A DNA stretch of 64,000 nucleotides from an uncultured Mycoplasmatota bacterium (GCA_946402735.1 CAMIXH010000003.1:65472-129471), one strand, 5' to 3'; positions 29,335 to 38,585 are shown, counted from the first letter of the stretch. Program-made: numbers and translations. The notes: generated from the letters alone by a model not told the origin.

Positions 29335-31174
29335 TTGTACACTCTCCTATCTTGCTTTCTTCTCTCTTAATCAAATCATGTACTATTATACCATTAGATA
29401 CCTCTAGTATTTTACTAGCTTCAGTTTTTAATCTATCAATATAATCAGTTTCTATTGGTTCATTAGTAAATGAAATATATTCTTCATTTAAATCACTATA
29501 ATAAACTTTATCTGTTAATACATTTCCATTAGGAAATACTACTATCTTTTCATCATTACTAAATATATCATGTCCTAATGAGAATTTTTCTTTAAAACCA
29601 AACATATTAGCAATAGTAGGAAGTATATCATACATTCCCATAACACTATCTACTTCTTTATTAAATTTTTCTTCTCCACTCCATATTATTAAAGGAGTAT
29701 TTTTAAGTAGATCATAATTATAACCATATACATCATAATAATCTTCATCATCTTTAGATTTAATATTATTAGTTTTAGGATCATAATTATATAACAAATC
29801 AAATTCATTTCTAGGAAGTCTAGCTTCATGATCTCCATATAATATGAATATTGTATTTTCATATAAATTATTATCTTTTAATAATTCAAATAGTTCACCT
29901 AATGCTTCATCAGCATAATGAGATGATCTTATATAATTACCCATAGAAGAATTCTCTAAATATGGAGCATAATCTACTACCTTATTACCATCTCCATCTT
30001 CGTGTGAATATTTCATTCTAACATCAAATTCACCATATTTTGTTAAATCACTAAATGGTGAGTGATTAGATAATGTAATAATAGTGCCTAAATACTTTGA
30101 TTGAGTAGCTTTTATATTATTTAACATTGGTATTATTTGTTTATAAAATGCTTTATCTGATAAACCTAAACCTACTATATCTGGACTACTATTATCTTCT
30201 GGTATTTCTAAATTATCCTTAGCATAGAAATCCATATATCCTAAATTCTTATGCATTACTGCTCTATTCCAATACTCTCTATTATTCGCATGCATTGAGA
30301 ATGTATAATAACCATTATTTTTAAAATATTCAGGCATACCATAATATTCTCTATCAAAATAATTAACAAATACTGTTCCACTAGAAGATGGCATTAAACC
30401 AGTATTTAAAGTAAACTCTGTATCAGAAGAAGTACCTACACTTATTTGAGGATAGAATTTACTAAAGTATATTCCTTCATTAACTAACCTATTTATATTT
30501 GGGGTAACATATTCTCCATTTATTTTTAAATTAACTAAGAAATTTTGAATACTTTCCATATGTATAAATATAATATTCTTATCTTTAAAGATATTTGTAT
30601 ATTCATTTTGTGTATTATCTTCTTTTCTACAAGAATAGTATTCTCTAAATTTTAAAGCAGCTTCATCATATCCATTAAGTGTATTTAATTTAGGACTAAT
30701 ACTTTGAATAATATCATTAATAGTATATACATATAAACCATATTTATTAACTACAGAACCTCTATTCCATAATTTAACAAATCTACTACTATCAGCTGTA
30801 GTCATAGTTAAAGCTAAGAATACAAATATTAAGCAAGATACAATAAAAGTATTTCTAAACACTCTTTTATCATTCTTATTATTATCAACATAATCTATCT
30901 TTTTGAAATATCTATGAACTACGATTAATAAAATTGGATATATTACATAAACAAATTGTCTTAAATGCATTTTAGCCCATAATGAATCATTTACTTGAGT
31001 TACCATAGATGCCGTATCAATTAAATTAATAGAAATATATGATTGATAAAAATCGTAATACAAAGCATTTCCCCAAGCAAGAACACTATTGAATCCTAAA
31101 AATACCATATAATATAAAAATCTATGTTTAGGTTTTAATAAAAATGAAAATGAACCAACAAATAAAGAAAACAT
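29327..31174 (-). CDS. ltaS: lipoteichoic acid synthase family protein (sulfatase domain); the longest uninterrupted ORF lacks the first TM helix
   Basis: NIIFIHMESIQNFLVNLKINGEYVTPNINRL and TSSDTEFTLNTG are LtaS-type active-site motifs. See the pseudogene entry for the interrupted 5' end. Confidence 0.85.
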   Translation of the reverse strand: MFSLFVGSFSFLLKPKHRFLYYMVFLGFNSVLAWGNALYYDFYQSYISINLIDTASMVTQVNDSLWAKMHLRQFVYVIYPILLIVVHRYFKKIDYVDNNKNDKRVFRNTFIVSCLIFVFLALTMTTADSSRFVKLWNRGSVVNKYGLYVYTINDIIQSISPKLNTLNGYDEAALKFREYYSCRKEDNTQNEYTNIFKDKNIIFIHMESIQNFLVNLKINGEYVTPNINRLVNEGIYFSKFYPQISVGTSSDTEFTLNTGLMPSSSGTVFVNYFDREYYGMPEYFKNNGYYTFSMHANNREYWNRAVMHKNLGYMDFYAKDNLEIPEDNSSPDIVGLGLSDKAFYKQIIPMLNNIKATQSKYLGTIITLSNHSPFSDLTKYGEFDVRMKYSHEDGDGNKVVDYAPYLENSSMGNYIRSSHYADEALGELFELLKDNNLYENTIFILYGDHEARLPRNEFDLLYNYDPKTNNIKSKDDEDYYDVYGYNYDLLKNTPLIIWSGEEKFNKEVDSVMGMYDILPTIANMFGFKEKFSLGHDIFSNDEKIVVFPNGNVLTDKVYYSDLNEEYISFTNEPIETDYIDRLKTEASKILEVSNGIIVHDLIKREESKIGECTSE

Positions 31175-31336
31175 TAAATTAGAAAGTATAGATTTAGAAT
31201 GCCCTATTGTTCCAATTGTTAGTATATTTAAAGTTGATCCTAATAGAGTTAAAAGTAAAACAAAAATTATAAATAACTAGTTATTTATAATAAATGATTT
31301 AATACTATTTAATATGTTATTAACTCTCAATTTCAT
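29327..31336 (-). pseudogene. ltaS: full-length ltaS reading frame interrupted by an in-frame TAG at 31277..31279
   Basis: Hand translation. The ATG at 31336..31334 (GAGGAA RBS upstream) gives MKLRVNNILNSIKSFIINN, then TAG. The same frame continues LFIIFVLLLTLLGSTLNILTIGTIGHSKSILSNL into the M at 31174. Confidence 0.6.
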
Positions 31337-31387
31337 TCCTATTCCTCGCTAGTATTATAGCACTATAATCAAGTTTTTTCAAACAAG

Positions 31388-31407
31388 AAAAAAGAGCTTA
31401 CGCTCTT
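31388..31407 (-). terminator. terminator after the Tad-like block
   Basis: Arms aagagc (31392-31397) and gctctt (31402-31407), loop ttac. The upstream A-run gives a U-tract on the minus strand. Confidence 0.55.
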
Positions 31408-31414
31408 ATATTTA

Positions 31415-31783
31415 TTATTCTCCACCGCCGTCGTCGCTACCATCTTCGCCAGTTTTATTTGTACAAGACCATGGTGAATTAATACATGTCATACAATCTT
31501 CATATGAATTATCACCAACGATAGTCATAACTACACCAACTAGTGATACTACTAAGAATACAAGTACAGCTGCGATAGCACGTTTAATAAGTTTTTGTTG
31601 TGCTTCTTTAATTTTATCTTCACTCTTTTCAGTAACAGCTTTTGCTAAGTCAACCATACCTACTACGATTAAGATAATTGGTACAATAACTTTAATTCCC
31701 CAAATAACTATTCCTACTATTCTTAGTACTGGTCCTAAACCACTACATACTTCTGCAGCATCTAAAATATACATATCTAACAC
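31415..31783 (-). CDS. small two-TM membrane protein, paralogous to the N-terminal module of 57582..58757 (VirB2/TrbC-like topology?)
   Basis: VLRIVGIVIWGIKVIVPIILIVVG...KLIKRAIAAVLVFLV aligns with VIRIVKIIITIIKIVVPIILMVSL...KIIAAVLVFYI of the other protein. Cys-rich C-terminus CMTCINSPWSC. Confidence 0.5.
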   Translation of the reverse strand: MLDMYILDAAEVCSGLGPVLRIVGIVIWGIKVIVPIILIVVGMVDLAKAVTEKSEDKIKEAQQKLIKRAIAAVLVFLVVSLVGVVMTIVGDNSYEDCMTCINSPWSCTNKTGEDGSDDGGGE

Positions 31784-31850
31784 TCCTTTACTTTCTAATA
31801 TAATTTTATCTTAATTTCAATATATTTGTCAATCTATATTGACATTAATA

Positions 31851-32831
31851 TTACAAGTTAATCTTGTTAGCGAATTTTTTAATTGGATCAATATTCTCTT
31901 GTCTATCATCGACTGGAGGTATTGAAAATAATACGCTTAATTTTGTTTCATATTCAAATGTTGCTATATCTTCACTTCCAAGACTACATTTATTTAATAT
32001 AATCTTTTTATCTTTTAATTTTTCAAGTATACCTTTATTTTTCTTCATCATACGATTAATCATAATTGTTGATGGTTCAATTAAATAATATACTTCAGTA
32101 CAAATATCAACATCTTCATAACTATTTAAATCTACGAATATAATATCGCAAGCATTTCTCTTCATTATTTCTTTTAAAAGATCTGTAGCATTTGCACTAA
32201 CCATATCTTTATCATTGAAATATAAGAAATCTACTTTATCAACTTCTACAGCAGATACATTTCTATATCCATTTAGCATTTTCTTTAGCATATAGATAAG
32301 TGATGTACTACCTGCATGTGAAGTAACATTCTTAAATCCTATAATTCTTAGTTTTCTTCCACCACCATCAGATATAGGACCTGGATCTGAAACATAGTGC
32401 TCAACAATAGTTGTTTGTTGTTGAGGAGCTTCTTGTCCTTGATTTAAATCTTGTAAACTATGGATATTAACAACATCTCTATAAGTATGTGGATGTACTA
32501 ACAAATAGTTAATACCCTCAGCATTCTTAGTGAAGTTATAAATACCAAGTGAGATAAGTTTAGAAAGATATGATTTAGATTCAGTTTCTGGAGAATCATC
32601 TAATAAAAGTATAACATTCTCCATATTGATATTCATTGCTAGCTTTTGTAAATTATCAGTATTTTGATAATCTCTAATAGCAGTAATATCTAAAATCATT
32701 TTGTCATAATAGAAATTAGCAAAAGTATCTATAATTTCATCAACATTATAAACACCTTCTAATGACTTCATAACCTCAATGTTTAATCCCATTAATAGTT
32801 CTTTATATTTGTTATAAACCATTACATTCAT
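31851..32831 (-). CDS. TadZ/CpaE-like protein (receiver-like N-domain + ParA/MinD-like domain with degenerate P-loop)
   Basis: Position in the Tad cluster. RIIGFKNVTSHAGSTSLIYML occupies the place of the KGGVGKT deviant Walker A. IIFVDLN is Walker-B-like. Confidence 0.45.
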   Translation of the reverse strand: MNVMVYNKYKELLMGLNIEVMKSLEGVYNVDEIIDTFANFYYDKMILDITAIRDYQNTDNLQKLAMNINMENVILLLDDSPETESKSYLSKLISLGIYNFTKNAEGINYLLVHPHTYRDVVNIHSLQDLNQGQEAPQQQTTIVEHYVSDPGPISDGGGRKLRIIGFKNVTSHAGSTSLIYMLKKMLNGYRNVSAVEVDKVDFLYFNDKDMVSANATDLLKEIMKRNACDIIFVDLNSYEDVDICTEVYYLIEPSTIMINRMMKKNKGILEKLKDKKIILNKCSLGSEDIATFEYETKLSVLFSIPPVDDRQENIDPIKKFANKINL

Positions 32832-32851
32832 AATCCTTTTTCCTCCTAAAT

Positions 32852-33358
32852 CTAATCTAAGTTTTCAGTACAAGGATAATTACTCATATCAGAATAAATT
32901 GTTCTTGTTTCTCCAGTAATTGGTATTTTTACTGTTATATTAATAACTGGTAGTTTCAATGCAATATAAGTAGTAATTTTATAATGTGTGTTTGAATTTG
33001 GTACATTATTAGGACAATATTTAACAACACAATATCCACCTTCTGTTGTTACATTTTGTGAACCGTTTTGTGTTCCTTCACAAGCTATTCCTTGTGATCC
33101 AGTATAATTGTAACCTGTATTTCTTATAAGCTTATAAGCTTTTCCTTCCACAGTTTTACTCAATTCTTCTTCAGTTCTCGATGCTATATCACCTTCACCA
33201 ATAGTATATCCTTCATATTCTTCTATAAAAGATATAATATTGTTTTTAACATTGAAAGCTTTAGTATAACTAATAGAATAAGCTAAGAATCCAGAGAAAA
33301 AGAATATAAATACAATTACTATACCAAATAACCAAGCTCCACCAATTGACTCTCTCAT
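32852..33358 (-). CDS. TadE-like pseudopilin/minor pilin
   Basis: Short leader MRESIGG followed by the hydrophobic helix AWLFGIVIVFIFFFSGFLAY. It follows the pilin-like gene. Confidence 0.5.
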   Translation of the reverse strand: MRESIGGAWLFGIVIVFIFFFSGFLAYSISYTKAFNVKNNIISFIEEYEGYTIGEGDIASRTEEELSKTVEGKAYKLIRNTGYNYTGSQGIACEGTQNGSQNVTTEGGYCVVKYCPNNVPNSNTHYKITTYIALKLPVINITVKIPITGETRTIYSDMSNYPCTENLD

Positions 33359-33390
33359 ATATTTAAACTCCTTTTAATTCCCGTACTTAA

Positions 33391-33429
33391 AAAAACTATA
33401 AACTATAATCACTATAGTTTATAGTTTTT
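33391..33429 (-). terminator. strong hairpin directly after the pilin-like gene
   Basis: Perfect 14-bp arms aactataaactata (33394-33407) and tatagtttatagtt (33413-33426), extendable by 3 A:T pairs. Loop atcac. Confidence 0.8.
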
Positions 33430-33437
33430 ATTCTTTA

Positions 33438-33680
33438 TTAATTTATTCCTACACAGCTTTGACCTTTACAGCATTTCCACTCATTAACTTTTGCATTTGA
33501 ATCATTTAATTGAGTAGTAAGCTTTGAGGCTTGCCATCCGTCTCCATAAGTATTACATGTTTGTTGTACAAGCATTCTTTGTACCATAGGCCAAATAACT
33601 AGGTAAAAAACTGCTCCTAATGCTGCTACTGCAATTAAAGTAACAACTGTCATATTTAATTCACCTGTCGCTTCTTTCAT
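33438..33680 (-). CDS. Flp/type IV pilin-like small protein
   Basis: 80 aa. Leader MKEATG followed by the hydrophobic segment ELNMTVVTLIAVAALGAVFYLVIWPMV. Strong AAGGAGG RBS. The canonical Flp EY motif is absent. Confidence 0.5.
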   Translation of the reverse strand: MKEATGELNMTVVTLIAVAALGAVFYLVIWPMVQRMLVQQTCNTYGDGWQASKLTTQLNDSNAKVNEWKCCKGQSCVGIN

Positions 33681-33713
33681 TTATTAAATCCTCCTTATAT
33701 TTCTACTAATTTA

Positions 33714-33742
33714 ATTATATAACATAATTTTTTTTTATTCAA
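33714..33742 (-). promoter_or_regulatory. dedicated promoter for the pilin-like gene
   Basis: On the minus strand: TTGAAT (plus 33737-33742), a 17-nt spacer containing A9 (plus T9 at 33728-33736), then TATAAT (plus 33714-33719). Confidence 0.55.
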
Positions 33743-33752
33743 TCATTTTTCC

Positions 33753-34562
33753 TTACATACTGCCAAACATTTGTAAAAGAGAGAATAAAATGATTGCCAT
33801 AACACCTGCTCCTGTTGAAACAAGCATTGTCATTGTTTTCTTTTCCATTGTATCTAATCTTTCTTTATACTTAGTATCTCTTGATTTAGCTTGTAAGTTA
33901 GAAATTGTTCTAGAGAATGTAATCAATTGTTCTTGTTTTCTTTCTTGACTACCAAGACTAAGTCTATAAAGAAGTCTCATCATACGCATTGAATCTCTAA
34001 CTGGATAACGTCTAGCAAATGCCATATATGGCTCTATTGTAGAATCTCCAGCATCAATAGATGCAATTAATTCACGAAGACCAGGTTTAAACATTTCTGG
34101 TGCTTCTTCTAAACTTCTAGTAATTGCTACTGGAACTGTATAGTGTTGAATCAAGATTTCTAAACTCTTTAAATAATATGGTAGTTTTAAATTAATTTCA
34201 TGTAGATGAGCTTTATAAAATCTTTTTAACTTACTATAATCATCTTTAAATATTAAATATGTTAAACCAAATACAAGTACTAGTTTTACAGCAAAGTTTA
34301 TTCCAGATACACTAGTAATCATTATTACTATACCTATTATAAATGTTAATATTGCTGTTTTTACTCTTTTATTAAATCTTTCATTAGGATCTACTTTTTC
34401 TCCATATCTACTATTTACATAAAAGTCATAATCTTCTTCTTTTAGTTTTGAGAATACTGCTTTATTATCTGTAACAAATTTATTAAAACTAAATGCTCCT
34501 ATGTAATTAAATACTAATATTAAAATAACTCCTACTGCTAATATTTCAATTCCTGTAAACAT
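33753..34562 (-). CDS. tadC: type II secretion system F-family membrane protein (TadC-like)
   Basis: 269-aa polytopic protein with a central soluble helical domain. Start/stop overlap with the TadB-like gene, downstream of tadA. Confidence 0.6.
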   Translation of the reverse strand: MFTGIEILAVGVILILVFNYIGAFSFNKFVTDNKAVFSKLKEEDYDFYVNSRYGEKVDPNERFNKRVKTAILTFIIGIVIMITSVSGINFAVKLVLVFGLTYLIFKDDYSKLKRFYKAHLHEINLKLPYYLKSLEILIQHYTVPVAITRSLEEAPEMFKPGLRELIASIDAGDSTIEPYMAFARRYPVRDSMRMMRLLYRLSLGSQERKQEQLITFSRTISNLQAKSRDTKYKERLDTMEKKTMTMLVSTGAGVMAIILFSLLQMFGSM

Positions 34563-35461
34563 TACTCAGCACCTACATCCTCATGGTAATATTTAATTCC
34601 TGTAACTAGGAAGAATGTATTTATAAGTATTACCCCATGAAGTAATACTACTACATACCATTGTTCAAGTAATTTTATATAACTATCATTTCCTAATAAT
34701 AATTGAACTAATAATATCAAGAAATATAAGGCTATACCGAATGTTACAAATTGTTTAAAGAAGTTTGCTCTATCAATTCTATCACGATATACACTTTCAA
34801 CAAGCATATCTATATCTTGTGACATACCTTCTAAAGCTTCACCCGAGTCTTTAGAACCTTCTTTTGTTATTTGAATAAATAATTGATGCATATTTCTAAT
34901 AATGTAGTAATCATATTTTTCATTCATAAATCTTATTGCTTCATCTATAGTACCATTATCATATGCCATTTGAATCATTTCTTTAATATCACTTAGAAGT
35001 GGATCTTCAAGTACTCCTGAATCTCTAACACCTTCTAATGATTTAACGAATGATTGAGTTGTGTTATATTCCATAATAACGTTAGTTGTATATATTTGAA
35101 CTTCTTCAAATATATATTCACTATATACCTTTTTGCATCTTAGATATGCTAAATATGGAACAAACAATATTGCCGCTACAGCATATATTATTGACCAAAT
35201 AATACTATAGAAATATAAGTATGCAACAAAGGCAGCTACTACACCGAATAGTATAACTTGTCCTATATATTGCTTTGAAGTATATTCTTGTCCTAATTCT
35301 TTAGCTTTTTCTCTAACTACTTTAAAAGAATAAGGAGCATATCTTTCATAAGTATTACCTATTGTTCTTGCAATAAACTTATATGAATTGTTACCAGTAT
35401 TTTTTCTATAAATATAGATAAATACAAGAATTGCTGCAATTACAAATACTTCTATATACAT
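34562..35461 (-). CDS. tadB: type II secretion system F-family membrane protein (TadB-like)
   Basis: 299-aa protein with the same architecture, immediately after the ATPase. Confidence 0.6.
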   Translation of the reverse strand: MYIEVFVIAAILVFIYIYRKNTGNNSYKFIARTIGNTYERYAPYSFKVVREKAKELGQEYTSKQYIGQVILFGVVAAFVAYLYFYSIIWSIIYAVAAILFVPYLAYLRCKKVYSEYIFEEVQIYTTNVIMEYNTTQSFVKSLEGVRDSGVLEDPLLSDIKEMIQMAYDNGTIDEAIRFMNEKYDYYIIRNMHQLFIQITKEGSKDSGEALEGMSQDIDMLVESVYRDRIDRANFFKQFVTFGIALYFLILLVQLLLGNDSYIKLLEQWYVVVLLHGVILINTFFLVTGIKYYHEDVGAE

Positions 35462-35473
35462 CTTCTACACCTC

Positions 35474-36787
35474 CTACATTTCAACTATTTCTAGTCCATT
35501 ATTAACTTGTGTACTTACCCCCACTCCAACAGCACTTGTTGCTACTTGTGAAACTGGTGAAACCGGAGCAACTGCTGGTTTTGGTGTTACTGGAGCAGCT
35601 GGTGCAACTGGGGCTGCTGGTGCAGCTTGTGTTGTTTGTGCTACCGGAGCAACATTTGGTTGGGCAACTGATGTTGCCTCATTATTTATCTCACTGAATT
35701 CATCAGATGATTCCGTTATTTCTTCTCCTTTTGGAATAAAAGGATCTTCTCTCATTACTACACCTTGACTAGCTAAGTAATCAATTAAATGAGATGTTGG
35801 GTTATTATATCTTTCATTTCCTGCTAAATCTCTTTGATATAAAACATTTGCTTTAGCTTCATTAGCTTCATCATCTACATAGAACTCAACAACTTGAGTA
35901 ATTTCTCTTTGGAATCTATCATATTTCTTAGAATAGAAACCTTTAACATGAATACCCAATTGAATATATCTATGCATACTTTTAACAAATTGATCAATAT
36001 CTTGACTTGATTCAAGAAGTGAATATAAACGCATTGGAATACTTGATGCTTTATCAGAGTGTATTGTTGATAAAATGTTGTGTCCTGAAGAAATACTATT
36101 TCTAACAGCAGTAACAGCTTCAGCAGAACGAACCTCTGATAGTAAAATCCATCTTGGGTTTTGACGCATACAAGCTACAAGAACTTCTGAATATGAAGCA
36201 ATATTATTTGTTTTCATTGCTACAATATCTCTTGTTGGATAAATCTTATCTAAGTGAAGTTCTAGTGTATCTTCTATAGTTATTATCTTTTCATCTTCTT
36301 TTATATGGCTGGCTAAGTATTTAACAAGCTCTGTTTTACCTGAACCAGTTTCTCCACTAACAATTATATTGCAGTGTCCTACAACACAAGTCATTAAGAA
36401 TTCATGAAGTTTTAAAGATACATAATCTTCTTTTATTAATTTTTCTTTATTTAACCTAATCATCGCTGGTGTTTTTCTTATAAGAACAGCGATTCCATTA
36501 GTTGCTATTGAATCGTGAACAAAATTAAGACGTAACTCAGCACTTTCAGCATCTAGTAATGGATGGGCCATGTTAAAAGTTTTACCCATAACGTTAGAAC
36601 ATTGGAAAGCTAGTTTTTCCATAACATCATTATTTAAACCTTCTATATGTTCTTGGTATACACCTTTGGATAAAGATTTAACCCACAATTGTCCACCATT
36701 AGAATATGAAATATCGGTAATATCGTCATTTTCTAATAATGGCATTAGCAAACCAAAATCTATTTGTGAAAATACAATTGCGTCCAT
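35474..36787 (-). CDS. tadA: CpaF/TadA-type secretion ATPase with Pro/Ala/Val-rich C-terminal tail
   Basis: Walker A SGETGSGKTE, IITIEDTLELH, RQNPRWILLSEVR, and HNILSTIHS (His box). Confidence 0.9.
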   Translation of the reverse strand: MDAIVFSQIDFGLLMPLLENDDITDISYSNGGQLWVKSLSKGVYQEHIEGLNNDVMEKLAFQCSNVMGKTFNMAHPLLDAESAELRLNFVHDSIATNGIAVLIRKTPAMIRLNKEKLIKEDYVSLKLHEFLMTCVVGHCNIIVSGETGSGKTELVKYLASHIKEDEKIITIEDTLELHLDKIYPTRDIVAMKTNNIASYSEVLVACMRQNPRWILLSEVRSAEAVTAVRNSISSGHNILSTIHSDKASSIPMRLYSLLESSQDIDQFVKSMHRYIQLGIHVKGFYSKKYDRFQREITQVVEFYVDDEANEAKANVLYQRDLAGNERYNNPTSHLIDYLASQGVVMREDPFIPKGEEITESSDEFSEINNEATSVAQPNVAPVAQTTQAAPAAPVAPAAPVTPKPAVAPVSPVSQVATSAVGVGVSTQVNNGLEIVEM

Positions 36788-36825
36788 TTTTATTCCCTTT
36801 CGTTTATTCTTTTTTTAATTCTTTT

Positions 36826-37620
36826 TTATTCTATTACTGTAATACTCTTATCTACATCTATTTTTTCGATAATATCAGGTTCTAAATATTGAGAATTACT
36901 TTCGATATAAGATAATATCTTTTCATTACCTAATGTAGTTTCAGCATTATAGCTTGCATTTCTTGGAACTGGTAATATTGTTCCACCAGAAATGTAGTAA
37001 GCTCTCTTAATAACTGAGAACATTTCATCTGGTACAGCAAATATTAATGCTTCTGCATTCTTTTGTTCTGCACTCTTCTTGAAAATGTGTGATCCATTTT
37101 CATCTTTAACTGCTAGTACTTCAATACCTTCAATTAAAGGTCCTAAGAACATTTTATTATTTACTGTATTTTGATAATATAAGTCAATTTTATCTCCAGG
37201 ATAAATTGAGTTTCCAAATGTAGAAGTTGAATTAACTTTTAATGAGAAAATTGTGTATCCCTCTTGAATATCAGCCCAAGCTGAGTCTGGCATTTGTTTC
37301 CATTCAACTACTGCACTTCTATAGAACATTCCACCTTCTGGAATATAAGTATTATAATTAACATATTTTCCTAATAAGTCATTTTTATTAATAATAACAT
37401 TACTAGTAATCATAGAATGAGCAACTTTAACAGTTGTAAATAAATCTTCTGTGATTTCTTCTCTTGCTTGAATATCTCTTTTAGCAATTGGTACACTTAC
37501 AGCATTTATTGCTGTATTTACTCTATATCTATAAGCAAAGAATAGAATAACTATACAAGCTATTAATGATAATAAAGTAACAATACTTTTGTTATGAAAT
37601 AATTTACTAAAGAATTTCAT
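36826..37620 (-). CDS. CpaB/RcpC-like Flp pilus assembly protein (TM + SAF domain), copy 2
   Basis: N-terminal TM. VPIAKRDIQAREEITEDLFTTVKV is SAF-like. Collinear with copy 1. Confidence 0.55.
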   Translation of the reverse strand: MKFFSKLFHNKSIVTLLSLIACIVILFFAYRYRVNTAINAVSVPIAKRDIQAREEITEDLFTTVKVAHSMITSNVIINKNDLLGKYVNYNTYIPEGGMFYRSAVVEWKQMPDSAWADIQEGYTIFSLKVNSTSTFGNSIYPGDKIDLYYQNTVNNKMFLGPLIEGIEVLAVKDENGSHIFKKSAEQKNAEALIFAVPDEMFSVIKRAYYISGGTILPVPRNASYNAETTLGNEKILSYIESNSQYLEPDIIEKIDVDKSITVIE

Positions 37621-38438
37621 TATTCACTACACCTCCCTGTTTCTGCCTTATCTAATTGAAATAATTCATCACTTACAGCATTACTTCTAATTTCTTCTTC
37701 AATTAAACTATTTACTATTGCTGTTTGTTTTGGATTTTTTGAATAATTAGCATTTCTTTGAACAGGTATTATTCTACCAACGTTACGATTCTCAGCTATC
37801 TTCAAAAGTCTAAATACTTTGTTTGGCACACTAAATAACAAGAATGCTGGCACTCCTGGATCTCCATTAGTTTCAAATACATTGTTACCATTTGAATCAG
37901 TAACAGATAAAACTTTAATACTTTCAATAAATTTTCCAAACCATACCACTTGTTGTCTATTTACTACTTTAGATGTTTCAAAGTAAAGGTCAATATAGTT
38001 TCCTGGGAAAATTGAATTTCCATATGTTGTTTCAGGATCTACTTTCAAAGCATATACTGTATAACAATCTGGAATATCTTCAAATTCACTTGAAGGCATA
38101 TCCTCCCAATTAACTACCATACTACTATAGAACAAACCATTTTCTGGAATAACTGCCTTATTTGAAACATATTTTCCAATGATTAAGTCCTTATTAATTA
38201 TGGCTCCTCCCTTTACAATTCCACCTGGAACTTTCTTAACCGCAACCATATCAGATGTGATTAATGTTCTAGGTCCAAGCTCCCTTGTTGCATATGGAAC
38301 ACTAACTGGATCAGTAGCTTTCTTAATTCTAAGATAGTATGCTCCATATAGGATTCCTAGCGATGCTAAAATAGCAATAATAGTAACAGTATTTTTATTT
38401 TTTAAAAATCTTTTAATACCAACTAATATACTTCCCAT
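37620..38438 (-). CDS. CpaB/RcpC-like Flp pilus assembly protein (TM + SAF domain), copy 1
   Basis: N-terminal TM. VPYATRELGPRTLITSDMVAVKKV is SAF-like. Shares ..YGNSI(F/Y)PG..IDLY.. with copy 2. Confidence 0.55.
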   Translation of the reverse strand: MGSILVGIKRFLKNKNTVTIIAILASLGILYGAYYLRIKKATDPVSVPYATRELGPRTLITSDMVAVKKVPGGIVKGGAIINKDLIIGKYVSNKAVIPENGLFYSSMVVNWEDMPSSEFEDIPDCYTVYALKVDPETTYGNSIFPGNYIDLYFETSKVVNRQQVVWFGKFIESIKVLSVTDSNGNNVFETNGDPGVPAFLLFSVPNKVFRLLKIAENRNVGRIIPVQRNANYSKNPKQTAIVNSLIEEEIRSNAVSDELFQLDKAETGRCSE

Positions 38439-38475
38439 TTTTATTCCTCCATATATTCTTACATTATTCTAATTA

Positions 38476-38505
38476 ATTATAACACAATTCTTTTTTGTTT
38501 TTCAA
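38476..38505 (-). promoter_or_regulatory. promoter of the Tad-like operon
   Basis: On the minus strand: TTGAAA (plus 38500-38505), an 18-nt spacer ending in TGT, then TATAAT (plus 38476-38481), giving an extended -10. Confidence 0.55.
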
Positions 38506-38551
38506 TACAAACTAAAAAATATATATTAAATGGTTTACAATTAATATAAAT

Positions 38552-38583
38552 TAAAAATAGTTTAGGTTAAAAACCTAAACTAT
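38552..38583 (-). terminator. terminator after yfhO-like gene
   Basis: Arms atagtttaggtt (38557-38568) and aacctaaactat (38572-38583), with a U-tract on the minus strand. Confidence 0.7.
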
Positions 38584-38585
38584 TC

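Noticed and set aside
31277-31279. Reading the in-frame TAG in ltaS as pyrrolysine or another genetic-code reassignment.
   Set aside because: TAG functions as an ordinary stop for at least two other genes in the window (28720..28722 and 10231..10233). No pyl genes are seen.
31415-31450. The D/G-rich C-terminus (GEDGSDDGGGE) of the small membrane protein as a dockerin-like Ca site, together with the poly-Gly runs in giant protein 1 near 52700 and 52890.
   Set aside because: They are too short and lack the 12-residue EF-hand spacing and the following helix. They are more likely flexible linkers. The local GC spikes simply reflect Gly/Pro/Ala codons.
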